Below, in pieces: positions 1-8,040 of a DNA stretch of 26,161 nt; position 1 is the first letter of the stretch, and each line of letters starts with the position of its first letter. The notes beneath the pieces are model-generated. The model was not told where the DNA came from. It saw only the letters and a program-made list of their open reading frames with translations, and searched no databases. The DNA is from Gammaproteobacteria bacterium. GTDB taxonomy: Bacteria > Pseudomonadota > Gammaproteobacteria > Pseudomonadales > Pseudohongiellaceae. The DNA is taken from positions 1 through 26,161 of the forward strand of contig CANCGR010000001.1 in NCBI GenBank assembly GCA_947377625.1, given 5' to 3'. A program made the position numbers and the translations under genes.

Positions 1-1094
1 TTCTCGTTGCTCAACAATTTGGGTGTGGTGCCAGAAGCAATCAGTGCGTGAAAGCCCGAGATCGCGCCGCAGGCAATGGTGATGAACACAAACGGAAAGA
101 TCTTGCCGGCGATTACCGGGCCGGTGCCATCGACGAATTGCGTGAAGGCTGGCATGCGGATTTGCGGATGCAGGATCACGATGGCCAACGCCAGCGCGAT
201 GATGGTGCCGAGCTTCATAAAGGTGGACAGATAATCACGTGGTGCCAGCAACAGCCACACTGGCAACACGGCTGCAATAAAGCCGTAGACGATGATCATT
301 AGTGCCAAAGCAGGGCCGTCGTAATCAAACCAGCTGCGCAACAGCGCACTGGCATCCACCCAACCGCCACCGAAAACAGCCAGCAGCAACAACGCAAAAC
401 CGATCAGTGAACCCTCAATGACGCGACCCGGGCGCAGGTTGCGCATGTAGAGTCCAATCAACATTGCAATCGGAATGGTAGCGGCTACCGTTGAAGTAGC
501 CCACGGGCTGTGCCTCATGGCGTTTACTACCACCAGCCCCAACACCGCAATCAGAATGATCATGATCGCCAGCACGCCGATCAATGCCGCCACGCCACCG
601 ATCACGCCGAGTTCATCACGTGCCATCTGGCCGAGTGAGCGACCATTGCGGCGCAGCGAGCAGAACAACGCGACGAAGTCCTGTACACAACCACCAAACA
701 CTGCACCGATCAGAATCCACAAGGTGCCGGGCAGATAACCAAACTGCGCGGCCAGTGTTGGCCCTACCAATGGGCCGGGGCCGGCAATGGCGGCGAAGTG
801 GTGGCCGAACACAATCCAGCGATTGGTGGGAATGAAGTCGCGGCCATCAGCAAGGCGTTCGGCTGGCGTGGCGCGGGTAGCATCAAGCGACAACACTTTG
901 GCGGCGACGAACGCGCTGTAGAAACGATAGCCGAGTGCGTAAATGCAAACAGCGGCGACGATCAACCACAGACTGTTGATGCTTTCGCCGCGATTGAAGG
1001 CAATGCCGCCGAGCGCGCCGGCACCTGCGAGTGCGACCACGGGCCAAAGCAGGTAGCGGGCAAGCACATTATTGGAGGAGGTTGTTGTTGTCAT
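1..1094 (-). CDS. cstA: Carbon starvation protein A family peptide/pyruvate transporter (CstA/YjiY-BtsT type); 3' end runs off the left edge of the window
   Basis: Read manually; absent from the ORF track because it has no stop in the window. ATG at 1094 gives MTTTTSSNNVLARYLLWPVVALAGAGALGGIAFNRGESINSLWLIVAAVCIYALGYRFYS. It contains the CstA motifs HHFAAIAGPGPLVGP and FPFVFITIACGAISGFHALIASGTTPKLLSNE, and many hydrophobic helices. Confidence 0.95.
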   Translation of the reverse strand, partial: MTTTTSSNNVLARYLLWPVVALAGAGALGGIAFNRGESINSLWLIVAAVCIYALGYRFYSAFVAAKVLSLDATRATPAERLADGRDFIPTNRWIVFGHHFAAIAGPGPLVGPTLAAQFGYLPGTLWILIGAVFGGCVQDFVALFCSLRRNGRSLGQMARDELGVIGGVAALIGVLAIMIILIAVLGLVVVNAMRHSPWATSTVAATIPIAMLIGLYMRNLRPGRVIEGSLIGFALLLLAVFGGGWVDASALLRSWFDYDGPALALMIIVYGFIAAVLPVWLLLAPRDYLSTFMKLGTIIALALAIVILHPQIRMPAFTQFVDGTGPVIAGKIFPFVFITIACGAISGFHALIASGTTPKLLSNE

Positions 1095-1308
1095 GAGCGG
1101 GGTCCCGCGTGCAAGTAAGGTAGTAAAGAGTAAAAATCCGGAAGCCGCCAATTCTCTAGGGTGTAGCTGCCTTTGCCAAGTGAGAGATGGCGATGATCAA
1201 GAACATGCCGCGATTGAGATGAATCAAACTGGCGGCCGGAATCCACACTAGCTGCATCCACAGTTGGCACCATATGGAGCAGAATGGATACATCGAAAAG
1301 GAGGCTCC

Positions 1309-2730
1309 ATGCTGGATATCCGTAAATTGCTATTGTTCTCAGTGCTTTTGCTGCCCACGAGTCTGTGGGCACAGGCGCCGCTGTCTGCCGCTCAGGTGTC
1401 GCAACCGCCGGAATGGGACAAGGACCTGGCCCTGAACATTCCGCAGGATTTGAATCCCGACCCTCACATTCTGGAAATCAATCTGGAGGCGGTGGTCAAG
1501 GAAATGGAGATCATGCCCGGCAAGAAGACGCCAGTGTGGACCTATAACGGTTCCTTGCCCGGCCCTCTCATCAAGCTGAATGTGGGGGATCGTTTGATCG
1601 TGCATTTCACCAACAAGCTGCCGGCTCCTACCAGCATTCACTGGCATGGCCTGCGCATCCCCAACAATATGGATGGCGTGCCCGACATGACGCAGGCAAT
1701 GGTGCAACCAGGCGGTCAATTCACCTATGACTTCGTGGTGCCCGATGCCGGCACGTTCTGGTATCACCCGCATGTCGATTCGGCGGCGCAGGTGGGTTAT
1801 GGCTTGTATGCGCCGCTGGTGGTGGAAGATCCGGCAGCACCCAAAATCCCTGGTGATGAATTGATTCTGATGTTTTCCGACATGAGTCTGGATGACAAGG
1901 GCCAACTGCAGGAACCCAAAGCCGGTGGCCGTTTCGGCGATTTGTTTGGTCGCGAAGGCACGGTCATTCTCGTCAACGGCAAAGTGATGCCGACGTTGCA
2001 AATGCGCAAAGGCAAGCAGCAGCGCTGGCGTGTGATCAATGCGTCGCGCACGCGTTATTTCACGTTGCGCTACAAACGCTCGCCCTTGGCGATTGTGGGC
2101 GGCGATGGCGGCTTGGCCGAACGCACGCGCACAGTGGATGAAATCAAACTGGTGCCGGCTGAACGCTATGATTTCGTATTCACACCACCGGATGCGCCCA
2201 ACACCGATGGCAAGTTCCGTTGGTATCCGACTGATCGCGGCTATGGCAGCACCTACAACCGTCTTGCCGAAGACATCATGAACATTCGCACGGTGAATGA
2301 GCCGGCCGTAACGCCGGAGCCGGTGCCGCAGCAGCTACGCAAGATTGTGTCACTCGATACTAAAGGTGCAAAAGAGCGCACGCTCAATCTCACCATCGGC
2401 TATGACAAAGACGAGAATGTGAGCATGGGCATCAACGGCGTTCACTACAAGGATGCCGCGCCGTTTATGGCCAAGGTCGGGCAGACAGAAGTGTGGACGC
2501 TGCGCAACGATACGGATTTTTCGCATCCGTTCCACATGCACGGCTTTTTCTTCCAGGTGTTGGGAACCACAGATCCGTTGCTGTGGAAAGATACCGTTGA
2601 TGTGCCGCAGCACAGCGTCGTGAAGATCGCCCTCAAGTTTGACGATCGCCCCGGCATGTGGATGTTCCACTGCCATATTCTTGATCACGCCGAGGTTGGC
2701 ATGATGGGGCATCTGCATTTGGAGCGTTAA
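1309..2730 (+). CDS. Multicopper oxidase (three-domain laccase/CueO-like), exported, ~473 aa
   Basis: All four Cu-binding motifs are present: HWHG, WYHPH, HPFHMHG and HCHILDHAEVGMM (axial Met). SD GGAGG precedes ATG 1309, which is preferred over TTG 1264. The N-terminus MLDIRKLLLFSVLLLPTSLWA is a signal peptide. Confidence 0.95.
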   Translation: MLDIRKLLLFSVLLLPTSLWAQAPLSAAQVSQPPEWDKDLALNIPQDLNPDPHILEINLEAVVKEMEIMPGKKTPVWTYNGSLPGPLIKLNVGDRLIVHFTNKLPAPTSIHWHGLRIPNNMDGVPDMTQAMVQPGGQFTYDFVVPDAGTFWYHPHVDSAAQVGYGLYAPLVVEDPAAPKIPGDELILMFSDMSLDDKGQLQEPKAGGRFGDLFGREGTVILVNGKVMPTLQMRKGKQQRWRVINASRTRYFTLRYKRSPLAIVGGDGGLAERTRTVDEIKLVPAERYDFVFTPPDAPNTDGKFRWYPTDRGYGSTYNRLAEDIMNIRTVNEPAVTPEPVPQQLRKIVSLDTKGAKERTLNLTIGYDKDENVSMGINGVHYKDAAPFMAKVGQTEVWTLRNDTDFSHPFHMHGFFFQVLGTTDPLLWKDTVDVPQHSVVKIALKFDDRPGMWMFHCHILDHAEVGMMGHLHLER

Positions 2731-2757
2731 GCGCGAGTTTGTTTTCGTGAAGGCAGA

Positions 2758-4608
2758 CTAGGCTTTTACCGTGACGATGGCGGCTAGTGTTTCGGCACTC
2801 AGTCGCACCCACTCGACCACGCCGCTCAGGCCTTTCAGCTCGCTGCTGCCGGACTGTGTCGTCAGCTGTTGCAGCAGCGGTGCCACTGACGGCTCGTCGG
2901 CCAAATCCTGCGACAGCACAATATCGCCGCCCAGGCACAGTGTCTGGATACGCGCGGTCTGGTTCGCAACCTTGCCGTAGTAATCGAGAATGCCGTTGAG
3001 CGTCACCGCAATACACGGTCCGCTGTGCAGACCAAGTTTCACCAACACCTTCTCTTCCTGATCGGCGCGCGAGTGGTTGAAGGCGGCAAAAGCAGCTTGA
3101 ATCGCGATGGCGCAATTGACTGCATCGAGCGGCACGTTGAAGGCGGCCATGATCGCATCGCCAAGTGTTTTGACAATGGTGCCGTGGTGGCGGCGCACAC
3201 AGCCAGCCAGGATTGCGAAATGTTCACGCACCAAGGCATAGGCGGCAGCATCTCCAATGCGCTCATATAAAGAGGTGGATGCCTTGATGTCGGTGAACAG
3301 CAAGGTGACGCTGTCGATCTCGACGTGGTCGCCGGGGCGCAAAATGTTTTCATCGAACAGATCGCGGAAACATTGAAAGGTGATGGCTTCTTTGGCTGTG
3401 AGCACTTCCTGCATCCATTCCCGGTATTCAATCACCAGCACGCGATCGCGGTCGCTCTGGTTGTGCACCAGCAAGGTGTTGGCAAGCGGTTGCGCTTCTC
3501 GTGCAAAAGCCAGCTGGTCATCCAGCGAGAACAGCAGTGCCGGCAGTGGGCCACCGGTGTAGTCGAGAAACAGATCGTTGCCCGGCTCAAGGGTGCGAAT
3601 GCGATAGGTGCCTTTTTGCATCGGGAAGCTCGCGGTGCGTGAGGCTCCTGCGCCAATTTTCAGCTGCACTACGATGTGCGGCGTGCTCATCGGGCCGAAC
3701 AGGCAATAATCGCCTCCTTGCATCGGACGCAATGATTTGGAGGGGTGGAACACCAGCTCAACGTTGCGGCTGAAGTTGCGACCGTAGTCGATGTTGCAGC
3801 TTGAGCAGTGAGAGCCTTGGGGAATTTCATCCATGCTGGCGCTTGACACTTTGCCTACCCGGCAATTGGGGCATAGCAGGTCCCAGCGCAAACTGAGCAG
3901 CCCGCCCTTGGCGGCCAACAGAAACATTTCAATCACATCCTTTTCACTGGCCTGCCAGTAGCGTGCGAGCACTTTCGGGCGCAGTGTCCAGACATCAACA
4001 TCCGGGCGCTCGAGTATCCAACGGATCAGGGGCTCCAGCAGTCCGTGATGAAAGGGGCTTAGCAGCAGGGTCGGCATCAGCTGCTGGCAGCGTTGCAAGG
4101 CACCGGGCACCAGCTCGGGCGGTGAAAATTCAAAAGCCAGCTCGGCCCGGTTGTCGACGTGGGCGCGGGCAGTGGCGGCCATCGCAGCAAATTTTTTGGC
4201 AGTGTTGTTGAAGAAACCGGTCAGCAGCAACAAGCGCCCCAGATAATTGGCAGGCTGCACCCGCAAGGTGTAGTGACAGATGCAGCCGGCTGGTGTCTGC
4301 TCCATTTCTACATGCGCAGCCACGAGGCTGAAGGGGCCGCGGTTGAAGCGGCGTTCATGGGTGAACCATTCGTACTTGATCCAGTTGACCGGGATCTCCT
4401 CCCATTCCAGCTGATAGGAGTTCACTGAAGCAGAGCCGAAATAGCGCATCGAGCCGCCAGGTTGTTCCTCTTCCCGAATGACGTGGGCAGGGAAGCCTGC
4501 CGCTTCGTTGAAGCGGGCGGTGTCGGCAAAGATGTCCCAGATCACCGGTGCCGGCTTGTCAAACTGCCAGTGCCAAGTGCGTTGCACGGGATGATTCATT
4601 GTGGCCAT
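2758..4608 (-). CDS. Class III adenylate/guanylate cyclase with N-terminal SRPBCC/START-like domain and central DUF5939-like Cys4 region, 616 aa
   Basis: Cyclase motifs LLFTDIKASTSLY (Asp), VKTLGDAIMAAF (Lys, Asp), KLGLHSG and LDYYGKVANQTAR (Asp; Asn/Arg). The N-terminus (WDIFADTARFNEAAG...HERRFNRGPF...YTLRV) is SRPBCC-like. CPNC-x18-CSSC lies in the middle. No TM helix is evident. Confidence 0.9.
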   Translation of the reverse strand: MATMNHPVQRTWHWQFDKPAPVIWDIFADTARFNEAAGFPAHVIREEEQPGGSMRYFGSASVNSYQLEWEEIPVNWIKYEWFTHERRFNRGPFSLVAAHVEMEQTPAGCICHYTLRVQPANYLGRLLLLTGFFNNTAKKFAAMAATARAHVDNRAELAFEFSPPELVPGALQRCQQLMPTLLLSPFHHGLLEPLIRWILERPDVDVWTLRPKVLARYWQASEKDVIEMFLLAAKGGLLSLRWDLLCPNCRVGKVSSASMDEIPQGSHCSSCNIDYGRNFSRNVELVFHPSKSLRPMQGGDYCLFGPMSTPHIVVQLKIGAGASRTASFPMQKGTYRIRTLEPGNDLFLDYTGGPLPALLFSLDDQLAFAREAQPLANTLLVHNQSDRDRVLVIEYREWMQEVLTAKEAITFQCFRDLFDENILRPGDHVEIDSVTLLFTDIKASTSLYERIGDAAAYALVREHFAILAGCVRRHHGTIVKTLGDAIMAAFNVPLDAVNCAIAIQAAFAAFNHSRADQEEKVLVKLGLHSGPCIAVTLNGILDYYGKVANQTARIQTLCLGGDIVLSQDLADEPSVAPLLQQLTTQSGSSELKGLSGVVEWVRLSAETLAAIVTVKA

Positions 4609-5081
4609 CCCGTGTTAACCCTCAAGCTCGAAGGCATTTTCGGCAATAAGGCAGCTAAAATAGTGGTATCTTCGCTCAATTACCATAATCTCTTGATCAG
4701 CGTTGATGGCGGTCAGCGATCAGCTGGAATACCGCTGGGCCAGTACATCAAAGGCGTGGGAAAAACAGAACTCATCGATAGGCAGGTATCGTGCAACCAC
4801 TGTGAAAGAGGATAGAGATACGTGCGGTCAGTATACTTGGACGTATCAAGCCCAAGATAGCGCTTGCTTTGGGGCTTGTTGCTGGATTATTTTGAACTAC
4901 TTTTGGCAGTATCAGGTCCGCTGCCATCTCGTGCAATCCCACAGTTTGCTAGCCGTTGATCAGCTGTTGATCAATAGTTTGGGAGACGGTTTGAACAAGG
5001 GATTGGACGATGGTTTGAACGAAAAAGTCAGGATCAGTTTTCAATTAATTAATTTTCATCTCAGATGGGGGGTGAGTTGTT

Positions 5082-5591
5082 ATGGCAACTTTACAAATCA
5101 ATGGTCAGGCAATGGATATCGGGTCGATTGACCCCTCGACACCGCTTTTGTGGGTATTGAGAGACACTCTGGGTCTGGTCGGTACTAAATACGGTTGTGG
5201 CATTGCCCAGTGTGGCGCCTGCACCGTGCATCTGGATGGCGCGCCAGTACGTTCCTGCCAGATTCCGGTCGGCAATCTCACCGACCAGAAGATCACCACC
5301 ATTGAAGGTATCGCAGCAGCTGACGGCACTCTCAGCAAAATCCAGCAAGCCTGGATTGCCGAAGACGTGCCACAGTGTGGCTACTGCCAGGCCGGCCAGA
5401 TCATGAGCGCAACCTCGCTGTTGCAGAACAACCCCAATCCTTCTGATGCTGATATTGATGCAGCCATGTCCGGCAACCTTTGCCGCTGCGCGACTTACAC
5501 CCGCATCAAACGTGCTATCAAAGTAGCTGCCGGTCAGCAGACTGCAACAGCTTTTTACAACGCTGTTGATGAAAAAGGAGCACTGGTATGA
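5082..5591 (+). CDS. iorA: (2Fe-2S)-binding small subunit, isoquinoline 1-oxidoreductase alpha / aldehyde oxidoreductase family
   Basis: Motifs [16 protein letters not shown]...RSC and QCGYCQAGQ...GNLCRC. G-rich SD GGGGGGTGAG upstream. The stop overlaps the next start (ATGA). The symbol is a family-level assignment. Confidence 0.93.
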   Translation: MATLQINGQAMDIGSIDPSTPLLWVLRDTLGLVGTKYGCGIAQCGACTVHLDGAPVRSCQIPVGNLTDQKITTIEGIAAADGTLSKIQQAWIAEDVPQCGYCQAGQIMSATSLLQNNPNPSDADIDAAMSGNLCRCATYTRIKRAIKVAAGQQTATAFYNAVDEKGALV

Positions 5592-7945
5592 ACATGAAAT
5601 CCGACCAACTCCCGATTGCAGAATTGCCCGATTTTTTCCGTGACATGGTTGAAGCCCAACAAGTCGCGGCCGAACAGGCACTTGAAGTAAACCGTCGCGG
5701 CTTCCTGAAACTGTCAGGCGTTGCCGGTGGCGGTTTGATCCTCGGCATGGCCATGGCTGGTAGCAACAAGGCAATGGCGCAAGCGAAAAAAGCTGCTGCT
5801 CCTACTGAAGTTACTCTTAGCCCTTATGTGCAGATCAAGCCCGATGGTCGCATCAACATCTTTTCGAAAAATCCGGAATGTGGCCAAGGCATCAAAACCG
5901 GTCTGCCATTGATCATTGCTGAAGAGCTGGATTGCGCTTGGAAAGATGTCGACGTACAACAAGCTGACATCGATGCCAAAAAATACGGTGCAGCACAGTT
6001 TGCCGGGGGCTCACTGTCTACTCCGATGAACTGGATGCCAATGCGTCAGGCCGGTGCCACCGCGCGTGCCATGATTCTGGCCGCTGCTGCCAAGAAACTG
6101 AAACTGCCACTGGAAGAACTGACCACCTCCGAAGGTAAAGTAGTTCATGCCAAATCCAGCAAGTCGTGGGGCTACGGCGAATTCGCTGAGCTGGCTGCCA
6201 CCATGCCCGTTCCGGATCCGAAAACGCTGGTACTGAAAGACCAGAAAGATTTCAAAATTCTGGGCAAGCGCTACACCGGTGTTGATAACGTTGGCATTGT
6301 GACTGGCAAACCACTGTTCGGTGCCGACACACGTATGGAAGGGATGGTCTATGCCACCTACACCAAATGCCCGCAAGTCGGCGGCAAGGCAACTTCGTTC
6401 AACGAAGCACACATCAAGTCATTGCCTGGCGTTGTTGATGCCTTCATCGTCGAACCCTTTGGCGATGGTCGTATGTTCCCAACCGCTACTGGCGCCCACC
6501 TTGGTGGTGTCGCTATCGTAGGCCAATCCACTTGGGCTGCCATCAAAGCCAAGCGCGAACTGGAAGTGCAGTGGGATACATCCACTGCCGAAACAGCTAC
6601 CTGGAGTGAGCTTGCTGCCCAAGCCTTGGCGCTGGCCGACAAAGATGGCGAACCGCTGATGATGAATGCAGGTCCTCCCGGCCCGAATGCGAAGCGTGTC
6701 TCCGCTGATCGTGGTGATGTAGCGGCAGCATTTGCAAGCGCCGCCAAGGTTGTGACCGGCTTCTATGAATATCCCTACGTGTCGCACGCCCAGCTCGAAC
6801 CACAGACGACCACCGCAGTGTTCAAAAATGGCACTATCGAACTGTGGGCGCCCAGCCAGATTCCACAGGGCGGCGAAACCGGTGCTGCGACTCGCGTCGG
6901 AGTTGCACCTGACATGTCTACCTTGCATCAGATGCGTATCGGCGGCGGCTTTGGTCGCAAGCTGGCCAACGACTACGTCTATGAAGCTGCTGCAATTGCC
7001 CAGCGCATGGAAGGCCGCCCGGTCAAACTGCAGTGGACCCGTGAAGACGACATGATGCACGACTACTATCGTCCAGGTGGCTTCCACTCCTACAAGGCCG
7101 CCCTTGATGCCAAAGGCAACCTGACAGCCTTCCAGGATCACTTCATGAGCCACTCTGCCAACGGCACCGCGCCGATGACCAGTGCGGATCTGTCTCCTGC
7201 CGTTTTCCCGATGGACGTGGTTCCCAATCTCAAACTGACGCAGACCCTGTTCAAGAACGCGATACCGACGGGTGCGATGCGTGCACCAAGCTCCAACGCT
7301 TTCGCGTTCTCGTTCCAGACTTTCATGCACGAGCTGGCGCTGGCTTCCGGCAAATCGCACGCCGACTTCCTGATGGAGTCGATGGGTGGCGATGGCTTCA
7401 CTAATGCGGAAAGACAGCAGGGCATGAACCGCACACGCGCCAAGAGCGTCATCAAGACAGTGGTTGAGCGTTCCGGCTATGGCAAGCAAATGCCGGCCGG
7501 CCAAGGCCAAGGTTTGTCGTTCTACTTCTGCCACAGCGGTTATGTGGCTCAGGTTGCTGATATAACAGTTAGCGCCAACAAAGAAGTGAAAGTGAACAAA
7601 GTGTGGGCTGTGGCTGACTTCGGCTTCATCCATAACCCCAGCGGTGCTGAGAACCAGCTTGAAGGCGGCATCATCGACGGCCTCAGCCAGTTGTTCAACG
7701 CGAAGATCACCTTCAACAAAGGTGTGGTGCAACAGCAGAACTTCCATCAATACCCGCTGCTTCGCATGCCGCAGGCACCAGTACTTGATACGCTGTTCCT
7801 TCAGTCGGCGGAATATTCGCCTACAGGCGGCGGCGAGCCTTCCATGCCGCCGTTGCTGGCTGCTGTGACCAATGCGATCTTCAATGCAACCGGTCAGCGC
7901 ATTCGCAAGATGCCGCTGTCGGAAAGCGGTTATCGTTTGGTGTAA
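5588..7945 (+). CDS. iorB: Xanthine dehydrogenase family molybdopterin-binding subunit (IorB-like), Tat-exported
   Basis: Twin-arginine motif NRRGFLK followed by a hydrophobic h-region. Motifs [38 protein letters not shown] and GGGEP (catalytic Glu). Coupled to iorA. The symbol is family-level and the substrate is unknown. Confidence 0.93.
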   Translation: MNMKSDQLPIAELPDFFRDMVEAQQVAAEQALEVNRRGFLKLSGVAGGGLILGMAMAGSNKAMAQAKKAAAPTEVTLSPYVQIKPDGRINIFSKNPECGQGIKTGLPLIIAEELDCAWKDVDVQQADIDAKKYGAAQFAGGSLSTPMNWMPMRQAGATARAMILAAAAKKLKLPLEELTTSEGKVVHAKSSKSWGYGEFAELAATMPVPDPKTLVLKDQKDFKILGKRYTGVDNVGIVTGKPLFGADTRMEGMVYATYTKCPQVGGKATSFNEAHIKSLPGVVDAFIVEPFGDGRMFPTATGAHLGGVAIVGQSTWAAIKAKRELEVQWDTSTAETATWSELAAQALALADKDGEPLMMNAGPPGPNAKRVSADRGDVAAAFASAAKVVTGFYEYPYVSHAQLEPQTTTAVFKNGTIELWAPSQIPQGGETGAATRVGVAPDMSTLHQMRIGGGFGRKLANDYVYEAAAIAQRMEGRPVKLQWTREDDMMHDYYRPGGFHSYKAALDAKGNLTAFQDHFMSHSANGTAPMTSADLSPAVFPMDVVPNLKLTQTLFKNAIPTGAMRAPSSNAFAFSFQTFMHELALASGKSHADFLMESMGGDGFTNAERQQGMNRTRAKSVIKTVVERSGYGKQMPAGQGQGLSFYFCHSGYVAQVADITVSANKEVKVNKVWAVADFGFIHNPSGAENQLEGGIIDGLSQLFNAKITFNKGVVQQQNFHQYPLLRMPQAPVLDTLFLQSAEYSPTGGGEPSMPPLLAAVTNAIFNATGQRIRKMPLSESGYRLV

Positions 7946-7982
7946 GCAAGCAATACAAATCGTTGATACCAACGAGCAGTAA

Positions 7983-8021
7983 AAAACAAAAAGGCCAGCA
8001 ATTCGCTGGCCTTTTTGTTTT
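7983..8021. terminator. Bidirectional intrinsic terminator between the convergent iorB and TPR genes
   Basis: Perfect 17-bp inverted repeat AAAACAAAAAGGCCAGC-aattc-GCTGGCCTTTTTGTTTT, with T-tracts on both strands. Confidence 0.9.
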
Positions 8022-8040
8022 CTGGTGATTCCAAAATTGT

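Noticed and set aside
48-1118. Several short plus-strand ORFs in the track
   Set aside because: They are shadows of cstA on the minus strand, which the track missed because it runs off the edge.
1095-1308. CRP site linking the nearby cyclase to cstA, which is cAMP-CRP regulated in E. coli
   Set aside because: No TGTGA-N6-TCACA-like site is visible, and proximity alone is not evidence.
4956-4974. FNR box (TTGAT...ATCAA)
   Set aside because: The spacer is 9 bp rather than the required 4 bp.
4780-5081. Moco/Wco riboswitch upstream of the molybdoenzyme
   Set aside because: Hairpins exist but I cannot match the conserved Moco RNA architecture. An Rfam search would be decisive.
4703-5131. 142-aa plus-strand ORF in the cyclase-iorA gap, with a GLNKGLDDGLNE repeat
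   Set aside because: It overlaps iorA out of frame, has no SD or family motif, and has atypical composition. The repeat is better explained at DNA level.
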